Positions 48,801-59,959 of a stretch of 64,000 nt of DNA are shown piece by piece. Made by a program: the position numbers and the translations under genes. The stretch comes from Lingula anatina (lineage: Eukaryota > Animalia > Brachiopoda): the NCBI GenBank assembly GCA_051362555.1, contig CM120643.1, positions 8,928,001 to 8,992,000 on the forward strand. The letters run 5' to 3'. Numbering within the stretch: the stretch's first letter is position 1; every line of letters begins with the position of its first letter. The notes beneath the pieces are model-generated. The model saw only the letters and a program-made list of their open reading frames with translations. It did no database searches and had not been told where the DNA came from.

Positions 48801-51402
48801 GGAAACATGTAAGATTAGTGATGAGCTACGTGGGTTATTTCAAAAGTGGATCCAAAACATGGATAAAAATGACCAAGTGGAGATCCTTGCACCTATGATG
48901 GAAGCTTTGCTGCTGAAAGAGATGGAAAACCAGCCAGACCTGGTCAAGGTATATAATGACAGAAACCTGTTTAGAACACAGAGTCACTGGCTTATTGGTG
49001 GAGATGGATGGGCTTATGACATCGGTTATGGTGGAGTTGACCATGTGCTGTCCAAGGGAGAGAACATCAACATCCTTGTTCTTGATACAGAGATGTACTC
49101 GAACACAGGAGGCCAGGTCTCCAAAGCCACACAGTTGTCCACTGTCACCAAATTTGCTGCCTCTGGTAAGAGACAGAATAAGAAAGATCTTGGAATGAAT
49201 GCAATGCTCTATGAAAATGTCTATGTAGCATCAGTCGCTATGGGGGCAAGCTACAACCAATGTGTGCAAGCCTTTAAAGAAGCGGAATCCTTTGATGGCA
49301 CATCACTCATCATTGCCTACTCTCCATGTATCGACTGGGGTATTGAGATGAAGAATATGATGCATGAACAGAAGGAAGCAGTTGATTCTGGATACTGGCC
49401 CCTGTACCGATACGATCCACGCCGTGCTGAAAAAGGAGCCATACCTTTCCAGTTAGACTCAAAGAAAATCAAGGGAGATTTTGAGAAGTATCTACATGGG
49501 CAGAACCGTTTTGATCAGTTGTTCAGGAAGGATAAGTCCCTTGCTGAAGGTCTGCACGGTTCCTTTGAACATAACACATTGCATCGTCATGAGAAGTTCC
49601 AGAAGATGGCCATGGATGAAGTGGAATACCTGGAATACTTGAAGGCCTTGCATGGGGAGGAGTTATCTACAGAAAAATCCATTGTCCTGTACGGCTCTGA
49701 AACTGGAAATGCTGAGGCATTGGCAGGGGTGTTTGCCTCCGAACTTTTGAGAAGAGGTATCAGAGCAAAGTGTTTGGCCATGGATGACTTTGAGGTGGAT
49801 GACCTACCAAAGCATTCAACTGTCTATTGTGTGGTGGCAACATGTGGACAGGGAGAGTTACCAGGAAACTGCAGGGACTTCTGGGAGCAGCTTTCAGACA
49901 AGGACCTCCCTAGCGACTACCTGGAGAACACAAGATTTGCTGTGTTTGGACTTGGTGATACTTCTTACGTGTTCTACAACGAAGCCGCTAAGAAGTTTAA
50001 TAAACGCCTGGAGGAGCTGGGTGGAAAGAGGATCTTGAATCTTGGCCTGGGAGATGACAAGGATGAAGAGAAATATGAGACTGCGTGGAATGAATGGTGT
50101 CCCAACCTGTGGAATGAACTCGGCACACCACCACCACCACAAGAACTGCTGCCGCCTACATATAAAGTTAACATAGATACCACTGGAGACATTTCTGCCC
50201 CTACAGAAGCCCTCACCCCAGCAGGCTCTAAGATAATACCATTGACCAAAAACGTCCTCTTGACACCTCCGGACTATGACCGTGACATCCGTCATTATGA
50301 GTTTGACCTGAAAGGATCGGGGATGACATACAGCATTGGTGAATGCCTAGGCATCTATCCACACAATAATCCAGAGGAGGTGAATCAGTTTTTAGGCGAT
50401 TGTGGCATCAACCCTGAGCATACAGTTACACTGGAGGACACTAGTGGCCGCAAAGAACCCCTTCCTCCTGTCATCTCAGCTGGACGCCTCTTTGGGGAGG
50501 TACTGGATATTTTTGGCAGACCCAGCAGAAGGTTCTATGAGACTATGAGCATAGCAGCATCAGATCCAAGTGAAAAGAAGGAACTAGAGTACATCTTGAG
50601 TAAAGACGGTGCCGACAAGATGAAAGAGCTGGTGAAGGAGACAGTGACCTACGCTGATCTGATGAAGAAGTATCCATCAGCAAAAATGCCATTGGATTAC
50701 ATGGTTGACCATGTCCCCCGCATTAAGCCACGCCTGTACTCCATAGCCTCGGCCTCCGAGATGCACGGAGACATGCTGCACTTGTGTATAGTGAAGGACG
50801 ACTGGAACACCCCCTCTGGAAAGTACAGAGAAGGCACGTGTACCAGGTACCTACAACACTTGAGCAGAGGTGACAAAATAGACCGTGTGGCTGGGAAAAT
50901 CAATGCAGCTGGTATCAATATCCCAGACAACCATAGGCCGCCATTTGTAATGGTTGGTCTTGGCACAGGCCTTGCACCTTTCCGTGCTTTCATCGAAGAG
51001 CGCGAGGTGTCGAGACAGAGAGGTGAAGACGTAGGCGAGATGGCATTGTTCTTCGGGGCCCGTTACAAAAGAACGGATTACACGTATGGAGATGAGCTAG
51101 AGGAGTACCACTCCAATGGGAAGGGGGTTCTCAGTGTCTTGTCCACAGCCTTTTCTAGAGACCAAGCTCACAAGATTTATGTGCAGAACCGTATCTCTGA
51201 ACACCCTGAGGTCATCTATGACTATCTGGTGAAGAAGAAGGGCTATTTCTACCTGTGCGGTCCTGCAGGTAACGTCCCTCCACAGGTGCGCAAGGCAGTT
51301 GTGGAGGCCTTTGTCAAGTGTGGAGGCCACACGCCAGAGGAAGCTGATAAAATGGTGACAGACATGCAGATTGAAGGAAGATACAACATTGAGGCTTGGT
51401 AA
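45865..51402 (+). CDS. PNO: Pyruvate:NADP+ oxidoreductase (PFO plus CPR-like fusion) with a probable mitochondrial presequence; intronless, 1845 aa
   Basis: PFO motifs: MDGNEAAA, YPISP, MQSEAGAAG, FTASQGLLLM, GLGSDGTVGANK, GTTQYEKRGIA, two 4Fe-4S motifs (CTQCNYCAIVCP, CTGCEVCVESCP), FSGACAGCGE, and the TPP motif GGDGWAYDIG...YSNTGGQ. These are followed by a flavodoxin domain (YGSETGNAE, FGLGD), FAD motifs (PRLYSIAS, GTCTRYL), NADP motifs (GLGTGLAPFR, FFGAR, AFSR, KIYVQ, YLCG) and a terminal Trp. Confidence 0.96.
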   Translation: MWKAVTSKAVQAPLRCRARAIDKVLLRQPHRTWRLATVEAVRPMASKPEKSSVRTMQTVSPMPNLVENNTREPVPKPKAEAAYAAMDGNEAAAYIAYALSDISFIYPISPATSMGDHMDKWSAESKKNIFNSVVDVNMMQSEAGAAGSLHGAVAGGCLASTFTASQGLLLMVPNMYLLAGELMPCVFHVSARTVSKHALSIFNDHSDVMHCKSTGFAMLASSSVQEVMDMALVSHVASLKSRIPFLHFFDGYRTSAEVSKIQPIPHADIAKIFPYEAQQKHLKEFALNPNEPKIRGTGQRPDIFFQSTVAANKYYLACPGIVQETMDEVYALTGRKYDLFDYHGSPTADRVAVILGSASKTLEETVDFMNRNGSNVGVVGVHLYRPFSDEHLLNAIPKTARKIAVLDRTREDGALAQPLFMDVNVAFSNANRQALITGATYGLASKEFTPEMAVAVFDNLNAENPKMQYVIGIEDDVTHTSLPYGEPITTVPPGTKQCMFWGLGSDGTVGANKEAIKTIGLNTNLKTQGHFVFDSHKADGITVSHVRFGPEEIKSEYIIQSDADYVSCHHPSYVEKFHQMLDPLSEGGTFVLNSPWTTMEQMEENLPAIFKQKLAKKKAKFYNISANKLAQSLGLGKRINMIMQTAFYELSGVLEVDEAIALLKKSIEKAYGHKGPKVVESNKSAVDAARQSLKRIDYPASWAQATEGGKRGEHTKATEFVENIMNPVLALEGDKLPVSAFEPGGHMPIGTTQYEKRGIAPQIPVWKPDACTQCNYCAIVCPHAVVRPFLLDKQETKNIPPGFEARRAKGGSEVSGYHYSIQISPMDCTGCEVCVESCPDDALYMAPFDEVHEKYRPHWEYAVSLPEKGEIGDKFSVKGSQFQKPLMEFSGACAGCGETPYVKLATQLFGDRMVIANSSGCSSVWGGTATTIPFTTNKDGRGPAWGRSLFEDTAEYGFGMKLATKKRRRDLRNKMLVAMETCKISDELRGLFQKWIQNMDKNDQVEILAPMMEALLLKEMENQPDLVKVYNDRNLFRTQSHWLIGGDGWAYDIGYGGVDHVLSKGENINILVLDTEMYSNTGGQVSKATQLSTVTKFAASGKRQNKKDLGMNAMLYENVYVASVAMGASYNQCVQAFKEAESFDGTSLIIAYSPCIDWGIEMKNMMHEQKEAVDSGYWPLYRYDPRRAEKGAIPFQLDSKKIKGDFEKYLHGQNRFDQLFRKDKSLAEGLHGSFEHNTLHRHEKFQKMAMDEVEYLEYLKALHGEELSTEKSIVLYGSETGNAEALAGVFASELLRRGIRAKCLAMDDFEVDDLPKHSTVYCVVATCGQGELPGNCRDFWEQLSDKDLPSDYLENTRFAVFGLGDTSYVFYNEAAKKFNKRLEELGGKRILNLGLGDDKDEEKYETAWNEWCPNLWNELGTPPPPQELLPPTYKVNIDTTGDISAPTEALTPAGSKIIPLTKNVLLTPPDYDRDIRHYEFDLKGSGMTYSIGECLGIYPHNNPEEVNQFLGDCGINPEHTVTLEDTSGRKEPLPPVISAGRLFGEVLDIFGRPSRRFYETMSIAASDPSEKKELEYILSKDGADKMKELVKETVTYADLMKKYPSAKMPLDYMVDHVPRIKPRLYSIASASEMHGDMLHLCIVKDDWNTPSGKYREGTCTRYLQHLSRGDKIDRVAGKINAAGINIPDNHRPPFVMVGLGTGLAPFRAFIEEREVSRQRGEDVGEMALFFGARYKRTDYTYGDELEEYHSNGKGVLSVLSTAFSRDQAHKIYVQNRISEHPEVIYDYLVKKKGYFYLCGPAGNVPPQVRKAVVEAFVKCGGHTPEEADKMVTDMQIEGRYNIEAW

Positions 51403-53935
51403 ATTGTTTGAGCAGAGACATTCCCCCCTTGGTTGAAACTGCGTTGTCTTTGGAGTCCATAGCAATGGGAGAGGAATACCACACAAATATACTAAGATTT
51501 TCAGTGAAAGACCAGTTGCATTATCTATTATCACAAGCTTTGTAGATGTCCAAGTTGATGCCAAAGCTTTTTGCCCTTTAAGTATTCCACATAGTAAATC
51601 AGTTTATTGTGATCTTAAACCCATTTAGTATAATAATTCAGTATAATAATTGATATTGAATATATAAGATTTCTGTAAAACTGAAGGCAACCAATTATCC
51701 CAGGAATATTGAATCATTAAAGTGCCTTAAATATCTTGACAAGGGCAGGTGAATAAAGGCATAGAATTGGTCAGAATCATTAATTTAAAAAGTTGCCAGT
51801 ATCTATTTTAATTAATAGGTTGTCAGAAGGACAAGTGATTCATTGTACTGTAGTGGAAATATAAAATTGTCTGTGAAGGGATGCCATTACCTGACACTTA
51901 CACAGTACAACAAAATGAGGGATGAAAAACCTGTGCACGAATATATCAGTAAATTGTTGTTACTTAAAAATAACTGTGAAATCAGGCACTGTTGTATAGA
52001 CGAGAACAACAACTGTTGAACAGCCAACTTGACTCTCAGCACAAGTTCGTCAAAACAGGTAAATTGTACATAAGGAATTTTGGCACCATAAATGTACAGT
52101 TGTTAACAGATTGTTTCTTAATACTTCTATTGCTTTTCCGTTAAGATTTTTCTTGTTAGTTTAGTATCGTTTTAGTGCACAGTCTGCAGAAGGCTTTGGT
52201 AAGTTTATTAAAGTATAAATAATATATAATATGAAGTATTCACTGCGTATTCCTCCGTGCTATGTAGGGTTTGTTAGTTTTGGGGAGAAAATACCACATG
52301 GTTTTGGCTGATGAAGTGGTCTGTTAAAATTCCATGTAATCTGTGAATACATCTTTTCTTTTAAGAGTACTGTTACTTTGAGCACGTGCTGTATTGTAAA
52401 TATCAGTGTTCATCCATTACTATTTTTGTGCAGGGGGTAGGGATGCAACAAATATTGTTTTTTTTTTTTTCATTTTTTTATGTATAATTGCTTTTTATGT
52501 AATGGTATACACACAGAACTTTGTTGATTCTTCAGCTGCATATGTTAAGAGCTTTTCTCAGAAACACTGTTCCCTCGATACCTTTGTTTTTGGTGTCGAG
52601 GTTTTTCTTTCGTAAATTGATCTCTTCAGACTTCTAAACCAAATGGATACCAATAGATTCTAAAAACTTCTTGTTTGTTATTAAGAATATGATCTATATA
52701 GCTATATAATTAACCTGTCTGTGGGTTTGTCAAAGCAGTACAATACTTGGTTGAAAAATGATATAGCGAAAAAAATTACATTTAGCTTTTAAAAAAGTAT
52801 TAATGAGTGTCAAAATGTAATTGAATTGTGATATCTTTGATGCAGCTTAGCATGACCAATTTAAAACCGGTTACCAGGACTGCCCTTTTATTTTTATTTG
52901 ATTTTTTTTTCTGGCCATCAAATATGTTTATTGTGATCAATCAAATATTTTAATTTTGATGCCACTCAGTTTGTTAAGATTCAGAAAGTGTTATGGTTAT
53001 GGTTATGAATTAAGTAATATTAATGGAGTATATTATTAATGAAGCTATAATATATTTGATTATAATTATTTATTTGATGAGTGATTATCTTTGGCATAGC
53101 ATAATATACCAGACATGGAATAGATGACCCTACACAGTCGTAAAGTTAATGGGACTAGACGTTGTAATATCTATGTGAGAAGTCGAGGTGGTATAAAGGA
53201 CATATTTGGAAATAACCACGATACAAGTCAAGGTGCTAGAAAGGACAGTGGTATCCACAATACAAGGACAGTTTGAAAAAGGGGTTGCATTCAGTGATAT
53301 TGGCGTGAGAACTTGCTTATGAATGCCCCAGACTTCCTCTGAATTTGCCTTTGATTTCTATACGTGTGCTTTCTCAGGCCTTGGCTCCAGCAAGTACTCC
53401 ATTGAAAACTATCTTGTGATTTAAAAAAGAAAATCTCTGAAGATTTGAGACAACAAAAAACTGACAGTTTCTTTGATTTATTAAAAAGTCTGCAAACAAA
53501 ACAGTTTTCTGGCATTGAGAATTTTTTCAAACTGAAAAACCAAGTATGTGTTCATCTTATATGATGTAAACATATTTTGCAACAGGTGTTTGCCAAGAAA
53601 TTGTATTTATTTGAGATCAAGTTTTTCCTGTTGGGCACCAATGCTAAATTGATGTTAATTTATTCAAACAAATCTCCCAACAAACTTTTTTTCAAAAAAG
53701 TCATTGTATAATCTCAGTGTTAGCTATTTATTTGATTTGCTGCCCTGCTATATAATTTTATGAATGTGTGAATAATTGTAACTGGTCTTAAAAATCTTAA
53801 ATTAATATTATTCTTACTAGGATGATTAAGATACTCCAGAATGAGTCTGACACCATGTAATATGTCTAGTTAGGTGGTATAACTGGAAATAAATTAGTTT
53901 GTTGAGTTCTTTAGTGCTGTTATTTGTTCACATAT

Positions 53936-54113
53936 CTAGGGTAGCGCTAGCTAACACTCGCCAATTTGGCCAAATGCTAAAACTGACTGAAATTGGCTAA
54001 ACAAAGTAGGGTTGATTTGACTTATTTTAGTCAAATTTAAACCACTGGGACAAAATAGCAATGAAAAAGTAGTAATTTGTCTAAACGAAAAAAAATGGCT
54101 AGCGCCACCCCAG
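53936..54113. mobile_element. 178-bp MITE with a 5-bp TSD
   Basis: Ends read CTAGGGTAGCGCTAGC and GCTAGCGCCACCCCAG, with CATAT on both sides. Confidence 0.75.
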
Positions 54114-55463
54114 CATATGCTGACTCCATCCCATGAATTGCTACTGGATTATGTACCGGGTAGATGAAATATTCTTCCCATAATGTTTTCCGAATTTGAA
54201 TGTTAATGCTCATTTTAATGAGAAAAAAATGTTGAAAAATGTTGTACTCCTTTAATGTTACATATGGGACACAGCATAAGATTTTAAACATGACTGAATA
54301 CACAAAGTTGAAACCATTTCTTGTTAAACTTTGAGGACAATCACAAGCTAGAAAAAAAAAAAAAACTAAACAAGATACACTGCAGTGTAAATGCCATGAA
54401 TTAATTGATGTCAATGAAAATAATCTTATTTTTCACATGACAAAGCTTGATTTATAAGATTGTTACAGTTTGGCAAGTGTCAAGAAAGGAGGACCAAAGG
54501 TTGGTTGGGAGCAGTTTATCCCAGGAAAATACATTGATTTAATTTTTCAGGAAAACTATCCTTATATTACCTTGTAAATTTAAAGAGCACGTACACTATA
54601 TATACATTCCATAGTAATTGTTCTAATTATGGGCAAGAAAAGGCACTCTGATGGTCCATTAGGTAACCTTCATGTTAAATAAAGGTATTAAAGGAACTAA
54701 TTAACCCATCCCAGCTTTATTTGCAAAGTTGAATTTTTGGTGGGAATAGACAGAAAAAAATATTATTTTCCTATGCGTTCACTTTATTGGGTTCGATATT
54801 TTTTTCCATTTCTAATCAAATAATAATTTTTAAAAATACCAGCTTTAAAATTGACATAATTCCTGCACATTTCAAATGTAAATACCAACACCAGGCAGTT
54901 TTATTTGAGAATTTAAACAGTTTTTTTAGTTTTTTAAAAGTCTGAATTGGGAAAGGAATTAACATATACTAGTACTGTATATATATATATATATATGCAT
55001 CTTTGCAGGATATATGTAAACAAAGAATAAAAAACGAGTTTGCTTTAAGTTTATACATCCCGTGCAACGCAAAAAATTCACCCCCTCCCCATTGTTTGCT
55101 CGCAAATGCACCCGTTATACTGGACTTACGCCACGTTTTGAACAGTGATACGATAGCTAGGCGAAAATTGCATGGTCTCTAATGTTTATTTCCTCGCCAC
55201 GGTATTTACAATCAATTAGAAATATTGACGCGAAAGAAGGCCCTACGTGCTATTCTAGTGTTTTGGGGAAAATTATATTGTTATGGCAAGTTCCATTGAA
55301 ACCCTGAGGGGTTCCTAAAAGCAGAAAAAATATTTAATTTATTCCTCACCTGACAATGCATTTACTAACGGCTATTGTTATTGATTGCATTAGAGGAGCT
55401 GCTATTTTAAGCAACCCGCAATTAGGTCAAAAGCAGTGCATCACGGGACATCCTACATTCAAA

Positions 55464-58400
55464 ATGTCGAGCGACGAAGAAATTTTCGAAGTGAGTGCTT
55501 TAAATATGTGTTGGATATAATTTGGTGTGTTTGTATGACATATAACAAAGTTGATCATATATCAAAGATCGTGACTGAAGTCTGAATATACGTTAAAGAG
55601 TACAGCTGAGATGAGTGAATCCGTTTACGAATGCTAATCTGTCGTGTTTACATTTTGAAATGAGAAACTCGGTTTTAAAAAACGCCTAATTAGAAGTTGT
55701 AAGTTTGAAGTAATTATTTTGTTCTCATTTTCGTTTTAGTATTGTTGATATATACACTGAACATTGTGTGTGGGCAAGTACTTTCAGGAATTCAGTTTTG
55801 GCATTACTTCATTTTCACACTGACAAGTTGCACAGTTAAATTTTTTTTCAATTTTTTAATATTTTTGTCAATACAAAATTTTAGAAATAGTACAGTTAAT
55901 TACACAAAAACGTGTATTTAATCCATGTGCTTAAAGGTATTTTATATTCCCCCACATATACACAATGTTTATTTTGTAATTTTTTGTTACCCTTCAGGCA
56001 GGCTCTTTCCCCTTTTGTTCCCCATTCAGGAGGTTAGGAGGTTTAAGACACACACACACACACACACACACGTGCTTTGGAAGATACATTGTATCAAATT
56101 TTATTTCCAATATTTCACACTCTGTGGCCCAAAATTCTTTCACTTTGCCTTACTTTACTATACATGAACATAGGGACAGTCGGGCTGACGTCACGCGCCT
56201 TAGCAACCGGCATCTGGGGTAAAACAAGTCGGGCAACATGGTGGATCGCATTGACTTCTATGTAAAAGTTGGCAGACTTTGTCCGAAGATATCATACTCC
56301 ACAGTGCCTGACCACTTGTGTCAGTGAGGATGAGTTATTTACCTGGTCGATTTCCTTTACAGGCTTTTGTAATTAGCCGCTGCTCACCTGGTTAAGAGAT
56401 AAAATCGGCCTTTATATAACTGCCGATCGTTATCTGTGATCGGGAATTTTACAGCAGAAGATTTTGAAAAGGCAGTGCTTGACCTTTTGTGTCTGGCGGG
56501 TTGAATCATTTACCTGGACTAATGAGTTAGCAGGCCTTTGTAATAAGCTACTGTTTAACTTGTTACGGGATAAAATTGGTCTTAACTGCATACGCAAATG
56601 TCCACCCTAAGTATATACATGTAGGCCTACATAAGTTGGTGAAATAGGAATGGCTTCTTAGAACTTGGATCGTAAGAAAGGCCTAGAAAATGTGCAACAC
56701 TGAGAAGTTATTAGAATAAGATTTCTATAAATTGTGATTAAATCACCTGCTGCTGCAATAGCCAGGGGAACGGGATAGGGGCAATGTCATCGGTCCCATG
56801 GCCTCTTTGGTCTGTATACAGTACATGAATATTAATGCAAGCCTGGGAGGGCAGCATAAACAGTTGCTTGCTAACTTTTTGGAAGAGAAGACACGTGGTG
56901 TTTCCTGTATTAATATTGGCAGCTACGCGTCTATGAGTGTTTACAATCTTATAATTATTGTGCACTTTTCTGGTACGAAAATTGGCGAAATATCATGGAA
57001 GACAGAACGCTAAGTTTCAAAACGTGCAAGGTTAAAATTAAATTGAATAACAAACACGGTAATAAAGCTGTATGTTATTTTACCAGTTAAGGTCGCTTTA
57101 TTTATGGCAACTTTTTTTATTTTACTTGATAACTTAATGATTTAGACATTAACTCACAGGTTTGTCAATATATTGACGTACATATTTTTTCTTATCTTTA
57201 AACTCAATTAACTTACAGCAAAAAATTTCGACGTTAGAGTCCATTAATTTTAACTAAAAGAATTGATATACCGTCACACATGCCAAAACAAGATGCAATC
57301 TCAATTTCTTGTAAATATTACTAATTAATTCCTGTACAAATGACAAACATAAATACCAAACAAGGTACAATGATTTTCTCCTTATCTATAATAAAATGAA
57401 CTATACACACATACACAAATCTCGTAGTGCATGTATAGCTACTAGTATGACCAAATCTTGTTTCGATCAACAATCCCGTCTTTAGTCACGTCTGCACAAT
57501 CTATAGCCTGCAACAGTCGTTTACTTTTCCGTTGATCTTTGAAATTTAACAAATCCAATTAGATTTTATCAATGTGTTGGTAGTGTCACCTGGTACACAG
57601 CAAGCTTCCACCATTTAACTTTTGTACGTGCCTGAGAGTTAAACGGTACCTGTGCAATTCAGTAGGCCTGCAAAATCTACTCGTATGTGTCAGCAATATG
57701 CAACGTCAACAGTTATTAGTACCATTGAAACCTTCCTTGATAATATCAGTTGCTTCCATATGGTTTTCTTTTCAAAGAGATGTGAATATTATGCTCATCC
57801 AGGTAAGCAAATGAGTCTTTGCAATCTACCACTGTAAGATTCCCGATCACAGATAACGATCGGCAGTTAAGGCCGATTTTATCTCTTAACCAGGTGTGCA
57901 GCGGCTGATTACAAAAGCCTGTAAAGGAAATCGACCAGGTGAATAACTCAACTTCACTGACACAAGTGGTCAGAAACTGTGAAGTATGATATCTTCCGAC
58001 AAAGTCTGCCAACTTTTACATAGAAGTCAATGCGATCCGCCATGTTGCCCGATTTGTTTTACCCCAGATGCCGGTTGCTAAGGTAAAGTGCCCGGATGAC
58101 CGACTGTCCCTATTACTCTGCTTGGAAAATTCTTAAATCAAAATTTAAATTGCCTGTTCATGCCTATCTCCTTTACTTATCATGTGACAAATTTCAAGTT
58201 CCCATGTCTTTATTTAGCAGGTAAATATCAAGTGGGTAACTTCTGAATCACATTTGAAAGTGGAATCTGAAAAAAAAAAAAGAAATGGTGTCACTAAAAT
58301 TTGAATAACTTTTGGTCTAAATTAGATAGGTCCAACTTTTTAATGTTTTATTCATACTCAGATATGTAGTTCTCTGTGCGTAAAATTTCAGTTCTGTAGC

Positions 58401-59959
58401 TTAAATTGAAAAAAAAAAAAATCATGTGTGGACCCTATTGTAGAGATTTCTTTTACCATATGTTATATTTTCAGTGGATGTGTTCATATTACATAAACAT
58501 TTGTTTACCATGAATTTAGAAGGTTTTTGCATCAATCTGGCAGTAATGGTTACTTTTCTTCCATGTTAAAGGTTGATGAGATCTTAGATGAAAGAAAGAG
58601 GGGGAACACCACCCAGTATTTGGTACGCTGGAAAGGGTTTGGACCCAGTGAGGACTCATGGGAGCCAAGAAAAAACTTGGGCAACTGCACGGAGGCATTG
58701 GAGGTGTATTATAAAAAACATGCCACACCAAAACCTGTAAGTAGTTTTTTGAATTAAATATTGAAATCATTATTTAAAGTAGTCCTTTTGAAATGAGATT
58801 CGTTGACCCTTATTTTTCCTTGAATAAAGCAAGAAAACTTATTATGAGATGATGATGGTAACTGTCTTCTAAACTTTAAAGCTTCACTTATCCCAATATT
58901 TACATTAATTATTTGGGGGGAAAATATTTCCTTGTTCCATTTTTAATGACAAAAGCATTTTCTGTCATGAACAAAGTTTTGCTTTTAGAAAACTTTAATT
59001 TTAAGTCTTCTTTTTCAAGTGTAGCAAACAAAACTGATTTAGAAAATAAATCTGGTTTGTATTCTTAGTCAGTAAGTAAGTAAATGCCATAATATTACAT
59101 ATTTTAGCCTGCGAGCCCAGGGCGTTCAACAAGATCCACACGGTCCTCTATGAAGAAGGCAGTTGTGCCAAAATCTTCTGCAAAGGAAACCCGGATTACA
59201 GCAGCGGAGACCAAGAGTATCACAAAGTCAGCAGTATCTGAACAAAGTGCACAAAAATCTGTCACTTTGACGAGATCTGCCTTGAGGCAGGTGTACACAG
59301 CAAGTGAAACGGTAAGAAATGGATCAGTATACAGAGTATACTAGTATAATAAAGAATTTACAGAATGTTCATTTTTTTTATGAGTTTCCCTGCGATTTGG
59401 GATGCAGGGAGTCCAAAATGTGAATCTGTAATTTGGTCATGGATTTACAGGGCAAGCCCGACCACCAAACCCCCAAAAAGTTGTAACCTATACAGCCTTC
59501 TTTGGAAATGTGGGCCATTTTTTGAGGCCTTGACTACCAAACATGGCGGAGTTGGTTTCAATTCCCACTCTGTCCAGTTTTTTATCCTTGTTTAAATCTC
59601 ATTTAATGGTTCAATGATTGATGAGACTGGTATCAGCTAGTGTATGTGTAATATTACAGACCACCCCAGGGCTCTCCAGAACCCCCCTCAGGACAAGAGC
59701 AAAGTTAGACTTTGAAGAAGCCAAAGATGCCATTTCAAACAGACTGCGCCAGGGTGCCACCACCAGCACCAGAAGCACCACTGTCACCACCAGAGGCAGC
59801 ACCAGCACCACTTCAGGCAGCACCAGGTCAAGAGCTGTAGGAAAAAAGTATCTGCATGTCACTGCGGCCGACATACCTCTCATCATCTTAGTGGCCATCT
59901 TGTTGTTTATTTGGATCTCCCTGATGTACCAGTTCTTTTATGCAGCCAAAAAGAAATAG
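55464..59959 (+). CDS. Chromodomain protein with a C-terminal transmembrane anchor, 4 coding exons, 231 aa
   Basis: Exons 55464-55490, 58572-58736, 59108-59311 and 59660-59959, all phase 0 (696 nt). The chromodomain reads [48 protein letters not shown]/K-rich linker leads to IPLIILVAILLFIWISLMYQFFYAAKKK*. Confidence 0.88.
56173..58110. mobile_element. ~1.9-kb non-autonomous DNA element with ~285-bp TIRs, in intron 1 of the chromodomain gene
   Basis: 56173-56457 is the near reverse complement of ~57830-58110 (GGGACAGTCGG...CCGACTGTCCC). The flanks can be read as a TA or an AT duplication. Confidence 0.88.

Noticed and set aside
45865-51402. PNO as bacterial or protist contamination
   Set aside because: It is contiguous with spliced animal genes, has a Kozak start and splice acceptor, shares MITE families with the rest of the window, and lacks operon context. 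Read-level confirmation is still needed.
45865-51402. Fungal-type sulfite reductase subunit or plain cytochrome P450 reductase
   Set aside because: All PFO domains, including the TPP-binding and ferredoxin motifs, are present and there is no siroheme domain.
45845-51564. Numerous antisense and alternate-frame ORFs overlapping PNO
   Set aside because: These are shadow ORFs of a long coding sequence and show no recognisable motifs.
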